DNA from: Vermamoeba vermiformis
Lineage: Eukaryota
DNA length: 64,000 bases
NCBI GenBank assembly: GCA_045837725.1
Contig: JBEWZL010000306.1
Span: 1 to 64,000, forward strand
Direction: 5' to 3'
Position numbers and translations under genes: made by a program. A model generated the notes under the pieces. That model had not been told where the DNA came from and ran no database searches. It worked only from the letters and a program-made list of their open reading frames with translations. Each line of letters opens with the position of its first letter. Position 1 is the stretch's first letter. Positions 24,894 to 37,250 of the stretch are shown in pieces.

Positions 24894-27800
24894 ATGGCCT
24901 CAACAAGAAGCGCCCTAAGAGCTCTCAAACGAGTTAATAATATTACTGCACGAAGGGCAAATAAGACTCCGTCATCCCTCTTTGACAGGAGCTCTATTCT
25001 CGAAGCCAAAACAGCGATCAAGATCTTGTCAGCAAATGGCTTGCTCAACTCCGAAAAAATTCAAAAACAATTTTTGCACACTATAAATATTGGTACGTAT
25101 TATTATACATCAGGTGCTTTGCTAAAAGACTGCAAGTTAATAATTTTAATTTTGAAAACCAAGATCTCGATTATTCTAACATTCTTGCATCATTCCAGAG
25201 CATGGAAATAATTTCAAAAGCTTTTTGGAATCATACATTTTAAAATCAACATCAAAAGACGAAAACAAAGGTAAGCCGATCGAATGAATTCAGTAATGAT
25301 TTTTGGCGCTTTTCAACGTGGCTTTTCCGAAGGATATTGCGCATTATTTTTTTCGCTATATTGTTTATGTCGATCTTATTATTGGGAGCAGATAAAGCAC
25401 CAGAACAGCCACAATCCGGATCAGATGCCAAAACCCAACAAGAAAGCACAACCAATACACAAAACGAAACTAATACCAACACATCGTCCGAAACCAAGAC
25501 AAATACTGAAAACACGGAAAATAAAGACAAAGCTAATGAAGAGAACAAACAAAACGAAGGTGAAAATAACACGAACACTCAAAACGCCGAACAACCACAA
25601 ACAGAGTACAAACCTCCTTTCCCGCCCGTTCAACCATTATCACCCTTCTTCTTTGCTCTAACAGCGGTTGTACTGTTTATTTACTTGTACACGTTCTTTG
25701 GTATCAATGGTAAGTCCTCTCAAGTGCTCGTGTCACAACGGCTCTAACAGATTGCTACAGACGATAATATCAACGAGTTTTTGGAATTATCTCAATCTGC
25801 TGGCCCTGTAGAACGCTCTGAGGCTCTTATGAAGTTCAAGCGATACCTGACTTATGACCGTAAGTCTGAAGTTACCGTTACAACCTCGAATTGACACTTG
25901 TCATCGTAGGATTTGGCGTCAAGCTATCTCGTCGTCTCGAGCACACTGACTTTGTTAATGTTGTTCTTGACGCTTGCTGTGCTCGTGAAAAGATTGTCCG
26001 CGATGCTGCTTTCGAGGTGTTGTGCGAATTGACCAAGCACGGTACGTCACTTTGTGGATCTGTTGTTGGCCGTTACTGACATTATTATCAAGATACCCTT
26101 CGTATTAAGGCCGTAGATGCCGATGTATTGTCGATTATACGCAAAAATATGGATAGAGACAATTTGTATGCCCTCTTCTCTCTCGCAAACATCGCTAAGG
26201 ACGGTACGGATGTGCTGATCTGTTTCAACACAATAAGAGACTAATCGTGCACCTATATAGTGAAAGGAGCTGACCTCATCGCCCAAGACAAGTACATCGT
26301 GCAAGAGATGTTGATGTTCTTAGAGTACTCGTTCACTCCCAAACTTCCTGCCAGAACTCGATTTTTGCAACGCGCTCTTTTGATTACCCTTGGCCGCATT
26401 GCTAAAAAGAGTAAGTAATGGCATCACTCACCATATAGGTTAGTGCTTATTTGTTTATTTGCTTAGAGGAAAATGTCGAATTGTTGATGAAATACCAACT
26501 TCGTCGCGGACAACTGCAAGATATTGTTCTTTCTTCTGGTTACCGTCGAGATCCTGTCATTTTGCACCACTTGACGCTCAAAGTTATGCCTGCCTTCATT
26601 AACAACGCACCTGATGAATTTCAGAATCTCAAGTAAGTTAAAAATAGATCGGATCTTGTCTGCGGTCAAGATCAGGATCGAGAGGCGTGTGACGGGCTGT
26701 GCACTGTTCTTTATTGCTCGTGGCAAGTAGTGACCCGAACACGATGTTGAGAAATGTTTCGGGCACGACCACACTAACAAGAATGCACCGCTTCCCGTCC
26801 GATCAGCGAAGTTAAGCTTGTTCAGGCCTTCTTAGTACTGGGGTAGGAGACTACCTGGGAATCGGAGGTGTTGTGCTCTTTACTTTTTGCTTTTTGGCTA
26901 GCTAATTGACCCTCTTTTTGCTAGCCATGCTCTATTATAATATTATTTTCGCTAGATCGACAAATAATTTTTAACCGCGATCCAAATCCGCTCGATATGT
27001 GTTGCTATGCGAGCGAACAGTCTAACTAACGGTCTCCTCTTTTAGACGTGCCCTGGAAGGACAAGGTATTAACTTGAACCGCGAGTCGTTCTTCACCCCG
27101 AAGATCGTCGGCTACATCCACTCAGCAATTCTCATTGGTCTCAGTGGCTACACTTATGCTACTCTAAAGGGCTTCGTACGTAACTTTACTATTCATAGTC
27201 TCGTCTCTAACAAATAGGAATTAGTGGCAAACGAGAAAGCATATGCCGTTGGATGCGGACAAACACGCATGGCTAAGACGCGCTTGGACTCGCTCACCAC
27301 TCGTTGCGATTGGTCTGTTCGCGTACCCTATCGTAATGTCTCATATCCTCGGTAGTATCTCAAATACTGTACGTATCAACCGGCGAGCTGAAATTTTGGA
27401 TGCGCATCCATGCCGATTCAAAATATCGTAAACCTTCTCGTATTAATGTGCCTATCCTAGCTTGAAATGAAGACGAACAATGAAGTACGAGCTGTTTCTG
27501 CCGGTTATTTGACAGCCATCCCGTTGATTTTCTACGCGCTCAAGTTCGGTCCGTACAGCATTGGCCCTAGCTTCTTGCGTCTTGAATACCACGAAGACTG
27601 CCCGCCGTATTACTGGAAATACTGGGAACAGCTCAAGTAAGACCTAAGACCTATTAAGCGAATACAATTACCCGTAAAGACCGAGCGAAACACTTTTCCG
27701 ATCGATCCGGATGCTCTCCCTTTTCCTCGTGCATTAAGGAGACTCACATTTAGTGATCATACATCGCGTTATTATTATTCACATTAGTGAACCAATACTG

Positions 27801-27990
27801 ACCTGTATCTCCGATCGGTAGATTCGATACTCGTGTGTTCTGGGGCATTCCCGACAAGGAACGCAGCCTCGAGCCCTTGATGCCTGACGAAGAGCCCGAG
27901 CCAGTAGTGGAAGAAGATAATACTGCAGGTCTTTTCAACTTGATCCAGTCACGCGCAGACCAGTTGAAGCAAGAGAAGAAGAGGTGGTAG
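24894..27990 (+). CDS. Putative mitochondrial membrane protein (presequence-like N-terminus, TM segments, ARM/HEAT-like helical region), multi-exon
   Basis: MASTRSALRALKRVNNITARRA is Arg/Ser/Ala-rich with no acidic residues. The first and last splice junctions were checked in frame; the last exon ends KKRW* at 27990. No family recognised. Confidence 0.65.
26761..26879 (+). rRNA. 5S rRNA: 5S rRNA, single copy nested in an intron
   Basis: ~119 nt; 5' GGGCACGAC pairs with 3' GTTGTGCTC; conserved eukaryotic 5S motifs CCCGTCCGATC, GAAGTTAAGC, TTAGTACT, GGGAA; T-rich terminator follows. Confidence 0.96.
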
Positions 27991-28586
27991 AGTTAGACTT
28001 GATCTAAAAATAACGACCGGATGCACTTCAACGCGGAGGTACATAAAAATAATTTTTAACCAATCGGTTTTGTCAGTAAGTTTGCGTTAATTAACTTGAA
28101 CGGAATTCGCACGCGACGGAACAAAAGGCTAAATCCGGATGAGAAGCGAACTTTTTGGAGAACGAAGGTGAACCATGTGGCAAACTCATTATGACCTGTG
28201 ATATGTCGAACAGCTTCTCCATTACGTAAGTGCTGTACGAATCTTGTTTCCTTTTATGGAAAATAATACAATCTCACATTACAGATTTTTTACATGCGAA
28301 ATGCGGGGTAATCGATTGAGATTATCAAATGCAAACTTTCATATGATAGACATATTATGGTATTTTTATATAGCGTATCATTACCGGCAAGAGCCAAACT
28401 ACGTGATTTATTTTTAGTTTTTCAGATCCTTAAAAGGAAAATAATAATTAAAAATATTTTTTGTAACGGTAACATCTCCGGTTTTAGAGCTCCAGAATAA
28501 ATTTTATTCGCGACAAAAAAATATAAATAACGACGTTACAGCATTTTTGCTTCAATCACAAACACTACAACACACAACAAACAAGA

Positions 28587-29246
28587 ATGAACAAGCTTGT
28601 CTTGATCGCTCTTCTCGGCTTTGTCGGCCTCATCGCCGCTCAAGGCTTCTCTCAAAACTGGTACCAATTGCCTGAGGGCGTCATCTACAACGGCCCTCTC
28701 TTCGTCGGCTATCGTGGTCGCGTTCAACGTGCCTTCTTCTCATTTGCTGAATCATACACTACTTGCAACAGGAACAAGATGATTGAAGTCTTCGACGAGG
28801 ATGTGCTCTTCTCTTACCTCTTTGCTCGCTACAACGGTCTCACTGCTGCTTTGACCGACATTGATGGCTACTGCGTGCCCACTGCTCGCCCCAACAACGT
28901 CTCCGTCTTCATTGAAGCCGATAGCTTTGCTATTGACGCTGCTACCCGCAACGGTGCCGTCAAGGTCCAATTCAGACAAACTACTCAAGCTGGCGTCCGA
29001 TCTGTCGTCAACGATATCTGGTTCGGCAAGACCAACTTCGATGGTACTCAATTCACCGAGTTCACTGAATGGTTGTCCGACTCTGTTCGCTTCTTGCAAC
29101 AACAAGGTGTTTTGAACTACGACGAGGGTGCTGATCCTCTCTTGCCCTGGCCTACTTATGTTCCGGGCCGCTCTGGTTGCGCTCGTCGTGTTACTCACAC
29201 CTGCCCTGACGCTCCTTGCCAACCTTCTCAATGCGTTCGCCCTTAA
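28587..29246 (+). CDS. Intronless secreted protein, 219 aa, Cys-rich C-terminus, unknown function
   Basis: Signal peptide MNKLVLIALLGFVGLIAA; strong preferred-codon bias like clathrin and INO1; TATAAATA about 65 nt upstream. Confidence 0.8.
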   Translation: MNKLVLIALLGFVGLIAAQGFSQNWYQLPEGVIYNGPLFVGYRGRVQRAFFSFAESYTTCNRNKMIEVFDEDVLFSYLFARYNGLTAALTDIDGYCVPTARPNNVSVFIEADSFAIDAATRNGAVKVQFRQTTQAGVRSVVNDIWFGKTNFDGTQFTEFTEWLSDSVRFLQQQGVLNYDEGADPLLPWPTYVPGRSGCARRVTHTCPDAPCQPSQCVRP

Positions 29247-29456
29247 GAGCGTATAATAAAGGACAAGGATCTAAAATGTAAATAACGTCAAAAAAGAATA
29301 AAATGTAATTTAGCTCCAAAAAGTCTCTTTTTTTTATTTGTTCGGTTAGTCTTGAGTGTTCATCGTTGGTCGGCTCCTTTTTTTGAGTCAGATCTGAATG
29401 AATTCCAAGCGTCCATCGAGATGATAGCTGTTTCCTTTCCAACTCTTATATATCTA

Positions 29457-32400
29457 TTACAATAACTGCTCAGTGTCGTCTTTTCCTTTCTTCTTTTTAT
29501 CATCGGTTGCTCCAATGCGTTTCGGCTCCTCACCATACTTGGCAATAATTGAGTCCAAGATTTGATCCATGCGTGACTTAACTTCATCGTCTTCAATTTC
29601 AGCAATGTTCTCGCGCATTTTGTGGTCGTTGCGAATAATAAATTCGTGAAGTTCGGCAAGGGCATTCAAACGCACTTCTTCAGGGACTTCGAGTGCGCGA
29701 TGGGTGCCGGGGGTACCAAGCTTCGACCAGTTCTAAAGCAAGTTAATATGTGTATTTTTGACAAGAAAAAAACGCCTTACCAATAGCTCGCCATAGAAGC
29801 CCTTCACCTTGGGAATATTTTTGTTGACGAAATCTGTCAATTCGAGCATAAATGACTCCTTTGTTACAGTTGCCATATTAGCTACGTGTTGCAAAACCTT
29901 TGCAATCAATACTAGTTGTCGTTGACACCGTTGATTAGGTGGTGCTGCGATATGAAGCATTAATAACACAGCAGAAATGTTGCTGGAAGTGCGTACCTTG
30001 AGTTAAGCCGTACGCATGAGGCACAGTGATGGACGGACCAATAAAGCGCAAGAATAAGAAACCTCCAACGGCCTTAAACACGGCCTCTTCGCTTCCAAAT
30101 TTCGACATGATGGTGGCTTGCATGCGAGTGAAAATTCGTCGGAATTCACTAGGCACACGTCCCTCGGCGTTGATGATAACAGTGATAATGCGTTGACACG
30201 TCAGAGCCAATTGTAGGGCATTGGCATCCTTGTCAGCGAGGCCTTCTTCCATCTTGTTCGGATCCATCTACCACGAGTCGGTTAAACCATCGACCTTGAT
30301 CGTTCATATACTACGTACCTCCATGTCTACGTTTAACATTGACACGCCGCTTCGACGCGCGGCCTCTTTGTCTGCCTCGGGCTCTTTAGTAATGGCCTCA
30401 AGTTCGTTGATGACTCGAGCTAACATGTCAAAAAGGTACTTGATGCCAACGACCTTCGAGTAAAATTTGAACATTTTGCTGGCCATATTATCCGTACGGA
30501 AGATCGTATTCTCAGAGGCTATGGATGTGTTATTATATGCAATTATCATAGGCCTATCAGTGTTACTTACAAGCACGCAAAATTTCAACTGAAGCGAAGT
30601 ACTCGATCAACTCCGCGGCAGTGTTGTGATGGTGCGCGAGAAAGACCAACGATCGAGCGACCATATCGAGCTCTGTGGACGCAGTGCAGTTGATGAGAAT
30701 GGACACAAACGTTCTATCTCGGTTCATCATAATGTCTTCAAGCGTCCTACATCAAGCCGTTAATACGATGGATCCAAGTGTTAAATTGTTTTTCTTGTCA
30801 TACCTGTATTTATCGTCGTTGTTAATACGATATTTCATCACGAGCTCTTTGCCGAATGCAACTTCGTTGTAGTCAGGCTCCGTAAGCTCCACTAACAATC
30901 CTTTCTTCTTATTCTTGTAGCGAGAGAAAAGCACGCCAAAAAGTACCGCTAAGGAACAATTAGTTAGATAATTATATCAATGGGCTTGATTAAGGACTAG
31001 ATTTCACCTCCAATTGCAACAGCACCACCGAGAGCAATGCCCAGAGCTAGTGGCAGAGTATTATCAGGCTGCGGGGAAGACGGCGCAAGAGGTACCACGC
31101 ATACATCTGGCGAGAACTTGATGCAAATTGTGGTGTCGAAACAATTGCAGTCGAGCGAATTTTCAGTGAAATCACACACTGATGGCTTACGCGCGAAGGC
31201 AGGGGTGCAGCCACTACGTCGTCGTTAGTATCAATATCTACTCAAAAAATATACTTTGGACGTACTTGAATTTGTTTTGGGCCGCTATCAGTGTCTTTAA
31301 CGTCGCGTTAGGAAAGTTAGGAATTGCGCCTTCAAACTGATTGTCGCCGAAATAAACGTCCGTCAACGCCTGTAATTCACTGAACTCGCGCGGGATTGTT
31401 CCGGTGAAGTTATTGTCAGCAAAGCTTACGACAGCAAGTGATGTCAAGCCACCCAATTCAGGCGGCAATGTGCCACTCAGCTTGTTGCCAGTCAATGTGA
31501 AAGTTTGCAATAAATTGAGTTTTCCTAGGCTCGGAGGTAGTGTGCCAGTCAAAAGGTTCTTTTCCAAAATTAGCACGATCAGTGGCAAGTTGCCAATGTC
31601 ACTGGGGATGGTGCCTTCGAATCGGTTATTCTCCATAGAAATCTGTTGTAGCTTGGGCAATTGCGTCCATTCGTTCGGAATTGTGCCGCTGAACTCGTTA
31701 CTGCCGATGAGCAAGAACTGCAAATTGACCAAGTTGGAAATATCCGGGAATGTCCCCGTGATAAGGTTGCCGGTCAAATACAAATTGTTCAATTGTTTTA
31801 AATTGTTGAGTGGTGGCAGTGTGCCTTCGAGTCTGTTGGCAGCCAAGGCTAACACCGTTAACTTGCTCAAGTTGTTGATCGAAGCCGGGATCGAACCTTC
31901 GAGCAAGTTGTTGGTAAGGTACAACTGTTCTAATATGGCCAAATTGCCGATCGAGTCTGGAATTGAGCCACTAAAGCCATTAAGATGTGCGAAGAAATAT
32001 CGCAGGGCCGTCAGCTGACCAATTTCTGCGGGAATAGTTCCGTAGAACTGGTTCTGGTACAGCTGAAAGTTTGACATTCGCTGAGCTTGTCCAATGAGCG
32101 GCGACAACGTGCCCGTGAAGCGGTTGTTGGAAAGTGTCAGGGTCGACATCCGCTGAAGACCAAACAGTGATTCGGGGACGGTGCCCGAGAAGAGATTGTT
32201 GTGAAAGTACGCTATCTCCAGCACTCCCAATTCACCAATCGTTGCAGGAATGCTGCCTGAGAGCTGATTGTCGAACACTTGAAGAATTCTCAGGCGCGTG
32301 AGGTTGCCAATACTTTCGGAGATCGTGCCTTCGAGCTTGTTTCCGGAGATAATAAGGTTGATCAAACTATTTAAGCTCCATAGACTCTCGGGGAAAGTAC

Positions 32401-33429
32401 CAGTCAACTGATTGGTAAACAACTGAAAATCCGTCAATTTGGTGAGCTGGCCAATGCACTCCGGGATCGGACCTTCGAGGCGATTGCTGAACAAATAGAG
32501 ATAGGATAAGGACTTGACGGAACATATTGAGTCGGGGATGGTGCCTGATATGTCGTTGTTGCCTATATGAATCAATAGCAAGTTGTTGAGCTGGCCTATG
32601 GAATCCGGGATCGAGCCAGTCATATAGTTGCTGTAGAGTTGAAGATTGTATAGCGTGGTCATGTTGCCAATGCACGATGGAATGCTGCCAGTAAGACTAT
32701 TACTGAAGGCCAAGAAGTTCCAAAGCTTGCTCAAGTTGCAGATCGAATCTGGAAGTGATCCGCTCAAGCCGTTTGAAGCAAGATTGATGTCTATCAAGTT
32801 CGCTAATTGTCCAATAGAATAAGGAATGGTTCCAGAGAGCGTATTTGAAGAAAAATAAATGCGTTGCAAGGCGGTCATTTGTCCAAAGTCGGGTAGCGAG
32901 CCAGTTAAAAAGTTACTCTCGAAATGTACTTCTATCGCTGTCTTCAAATTTGACACCGTTGAGGGAATCGTTCCAGAAAGCATATTGTTGCCAAAATTAA
33001 CTAGCGTCACAGATGTCAAGTTTCCGATCGAATCTGGAATTGAACCTCGGCCAAGGATATTGGCCATATTCAGCGAATCTATATGCTGGGTATCTGCTGT
33101 ACAACCAAGTCCTAAATATAATCAGTTAGATTATTTACGGATGTCGTTACGAACGATAAATTGATTAAATCAAAAATACGAATTAAAAAAGCAAATAATT
33201 ATTATAAATTATATTAAGCTGTAATCCTAAATGTAGATTAATATGGTATACCTTGCCAAGGAGGACACGGATTTGCTCCTAACGTATTTAGCTGCCAACT
33301 GACAGGACGGTCAATTATTGAATTGTATAAGTCCGTCAAAAACGCTTGTTCAGCGGGGACGAGTACTGCATCTGCGAGCCACAACACTGTCAGGAGTGAC
33401 AAGCAAAACTTTAACGAGAAGGCGCGCAT
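29457..33429 (-). CDS. Type I membrane receptor: plant-type LRR ectodomain, TM helix, RasGAP domain
   Basis: Signal peptide and LRR N-cap (NPCPPWQG); about 25 24-aa LRRs (LxxLxLxxNxLSGxIPxxIGxL); Cys-rich C-cap; TM LALGIALGGAVAIG-AVLFGVLF then RYKNKKK; RasGAP motifs TIFR (arginine finger), GGFLFLRF..P.I..P, IAKVLQ.VAN. Exons join through GT-AG introns. Confidence 0.85.
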
Positions 33430-33921
33430 TGATCCAATAGAGTCAAACTATGGATTCGAAGCTGTTGTTGCGTCAAGTATAAATATTAATATTTTGCAAC
33501 GCTTTGATAACTTTGGGACAAAATGGTTGTGATGTTGATGTGAATCGAAATTTCGATGGGTGGCTTTTCAACTTTAGTAGATGATGGTGATGCGATTCCT
33601 GTTCTCATGGTTTCGATAGTGCGCCATCCATAAAGTGCTAAGATAGCCGATCAGATTTACATTTGTGAATGCGTAATTTAGGGAAGATGTGAACCATTCT
33701 AATTTTATCAACCTCTTCACCATAAATCAGAACGAAGTTAAAAGATGATCGTGAAAGTGCGACGAATGAAGTGCCGTAGCAGACCTGCAGCAGCCAAAAA
33801 CAGGTAGCACTAGATCCTCGTTTCGCTCTTGAAGAAACGGAATATGCCTTCTTGCAAGATGATGCGCAGTGTCATAATATCCAACACTAAGTTTGCCAAA
33901 CGCTGCCTCTTTAGGTGTCCA

Positions 33922-34789
33922 TTATTTGAGGTTCTCGCTCTCCAACAGTCCTGGAATGCAGATCAGACCGACTTTTCTTTTCAACACAAGATAGAGATAC
34001 AACGACTTGACTGCCACTCCTCCCACTACAAATGCACCACTTGATGCAATCAGACCTGTTCTTAGTATTTTGGAGTGACGTGGAGTTTGGTCGTTGATCA
34101 GATCACTCCATAAATAACCACAGTAAAGAGAGGTAGCCATCGCTGAAGCATATGGTTATGTTAGTATGAATGTATTTGATATATATGTATCGTTGTTACA
34201 ATGGAATGCTCACCTCCAGAGGCAGCAGCTGTCGCACCAAGAACATTGAATGAGTTCACGTCCAATGACTGCCACCGATGTGATCCAAATGCGTATCTAT
34301 GGTCGTACATATTAGTATTAATATTAACATGAGTATCATTATGTGATTTTAGTCACTGATAGTGAACTTACCCGGTGAATGTCGCAGCAAAACCAATGCC
34401 AGTTCCAATGGCTGCAATCAGTATTGACTGAATGCCTTTAGAAGATGTCATTGACTTGTTTAGTACGCGATAACTGGACATCAGAGCCATGATCGATCCT
34501 CCTGCTGCCGTGCCAGCCATGCTGAAACAAAAACAATTGTTAAAAATCAACAAAAATTGCTATTGATCGGGATAAATACAAATATTGACCTATGATATGC
34601 AGTGTGTATGGTAATGATGACGAATAGTTTTTAATTATTGTTTGGAAATAGATCAGTCCGAGTAAAACTTCGGAGCGGAAATAATGTTGGCTCTACTCAC
34701 CCTCCCAAGGCACCACTGCGTACCAAACAACATACAGGACAATATTTGGGCGTCTCTTGAGCAGTTATTTTGTCTTTTGTTGCGCTCAT
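33922..34789 (-). CDS. Small Gly/Ala-rich multi-pass membrane protein, copy B
   Basis: Inverted paralog of 15229-16097 with a few substitutions (DQTPRH vs DQPPRH). Confidence 0.6.
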
Positions 34790-34870
34790 CTTGGATAGTA
34801 TATTGCTTCGAAGCAAAAATTTCGAACAGAACAGATTTACAGAATGTTTTTAAGGTAATATTACAATCGT

Positions 34871-36987
34871 TTATATTTGTACATTTCGCGAAGTAGGAGT
34901 GCGGGGCGTCATCGCTTCTGAATTTTTTGGCAGGTTTGAATGCTTCTGCGCTCCCGGAGCAACAAACGCCAAGATCTTGATCAAACTGATCGCAATCATG
35001 AGCAAAAAGGCAACAAAGTTAACTGCAAAGAATCCAAGTGGTTGGAAATAGACTGGCGTTGCAGGCATGATGAGGATCGTACTGTACACGAGCTCAAAAA
35101 CTGCACTCGTCACTAACATTCTAACTGGCTAATAATACATTATCTGTTAATAACGAACTCTATATTATCATTCATTAGCGTACTTTAAATTTGCTGGATT
35201 TTGATTCGGCCTTTGCAACACCAGGATCGTTCAGAGTGCCAAGCAGTTTGCGACCATAATAAAGGAAGAATATGGCTGTAAGAACTGATACGATAAAGTA
35301 GAATATCGATACGATGACGAAGAGGATGAAGAACGGACCAATTCCAAATGACCTCAAGAACGCATTGGTGATCTCGATGGCCCAAGTCAATGACACAAAC
35401 ACGAAGAAATAGACCTTCATCTTGTCTAAGAATGTAACGACTTTCATCTTTTTGTTGGATAACACTTCTTTCCTAAAAAGGCAACGTAATCAGATTAAAA
35501 ACATTGGCACCGAACATCGCCCAAAACTCGTATGGGTCTCAAATCAAAGGAATGTAACTATTAATTAAGAGCTTTAAATATACTCACCAATATAAAGTAA
35601 TCATTAGTGAAGTGGTGGCGTAAGCAGGGATCGAAATAGTTGGGATAATGTTCGCAGCGAAGAATGGAAAGATGAATCGACCGCTAAACAACGGATCAAC
35701 AGCTGCATATACTCCTCGGTCTATAGTTACATTAATAGCATATTCGACATATATATTAATGTTTTGCGTACCAAGGTTCGCAAACAACTCGATCCACAAA
35801 ATAACTTGAGGCAAGTTTCTAGTGGGTCCTTGCGCACGTATGAACAACTATGATTCAGAAAATGTAATGTTTAATATAATGATTAATACATAAGCCAGCT
35901 TACTGCAAGTTTTGAGATAGCAACAGCGGCAACGGCGAAAGCGAAACCTCCAACAATAACACTAAAGGCTATTTTTGTTCCAGATTCATTTACTACTGTC
36001 CACTCATTGACATCTGTATACGCGCGTGAGTTATGATCTCATATATTATAAAAAAGAGATCGATTTAAGGTCTCAATAACGCAAGGTAGAAAAAAAACGT
36101 TTAAGGCGATAGAACGGGATGCTTATAGTATTTGAAAGATGACCCGTTGCTCATGAAACCGCTTGCTTACCATCGAAGTCAATTTCAATGACTACTGTTC
36201 GATTCGGAGCATCACTCCGCAAAAAATCTCGGATCTGTTTGATATTCTCTAGTCCTGAGTCCCAAACTGGAATACCGATATCCGACCGATCTGTACCATC
36301 GAAGGTATATTCTAGTAATCCAGGAACGGCTGCAAAGTGGATCAGATCGAGCAAACTTCGTCAACGTTATTCTTACTCGTAAACACGGAACAGCTAAGCC
36401 AACCAATTATTCCAGGATGGTTTCGCATTCCTCTTCTTATAATATCCTCTATTCTAGTACCAAGAATGTTAGAGATAACTTAGTTAGGTTATGTTATCTT
36501 TGAGTTCTTATTTAGGAAAGTACGAATGAATTACGACTCTAACTGAACGTCCGAACCCCTTAATATGTCTTGAATAATTTGCTACTTTAACAGCTGAAAA
36601 TGCAGTTTTATTCAGAGTCGGGAGTCTTTACGCATCTGAAATTATTAAAATAAAATTAAATAAACTTACGTTCCAATCTCATCCTCAATACAGCCCAATA
36701 AAATAGTACCCTCATACGGCCCTGTTTCAGCGAAGCTTCCTGTTAGCCTTGCAACGACTGGCTTGTCTTTGGATCTGCGGCAAAAGTAAACAATTATTGG
36801 CAAAACTTAAAAATGCAAAGGCGCCAATAATAATACTTACATGTTTGTAGGGAAACTTGGCAAAAATGGACTATTATAAACGCCCTCCAAGTGGGGTGGG
36901 AAGAGTACTTTGAAACTCTCCACCGTGCTTAGGAACGCTAGATAGCTAAGCAAGCAAATAGTAAAAACTCGAGGCATTATCAACCAT
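34871..36987 (-). CDS. PA-domain + 7TM receptor-like protein, paralog 2B
   Basis: Inverted paralog of 13077-15167; first exons identical, middle exons clearly diverged. Confidence 0.75.
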
Positions 36988-37250
36988 TGTTTTTGTAGTG
37001 TTGTAGTACAAAAAAAATGAAAACGTTGGAGTTAGAAAAACCGTTGCGCCGGAGAAAAAATCCGAAATCGCACAAAACCTAATAAAGTAATTATATGTGC
37101 AAGGCTAAAACTAGTATTACTGCTGTATAATAAGTTTCGAAAACTTATAATGAATGAAGCACCTTAATTTTCAAGATCTGAAACGTAGCTTACGATTTAT
37201 GACTTTGTGGCTTAAGAATACTCTTACAAAGTCACTCGCATATATCGCTC

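Noticed and set aside
25337-25747. ORF with an apparent signal peptide (MRIIFFAILF...)
   Set aside because: It has a TTG start and the hydrophobic part lies in an intron; the exon joins the gene starting at 24894.
27750-27805. GTGATCA...CTGA as a possible C/D snoRNA in the last intron of the 24894 gene
   Set aside because: Imperfect C box, no terminal stem, and the CTGAC sits where the branch point is expected.
31238-33067. 72-bp periodicity resembling a repeat array or CRISPR
   Set aside because: It is the 24-aa LRR coding repeat; there are no identical direct repeats with spacers and no cas genes.
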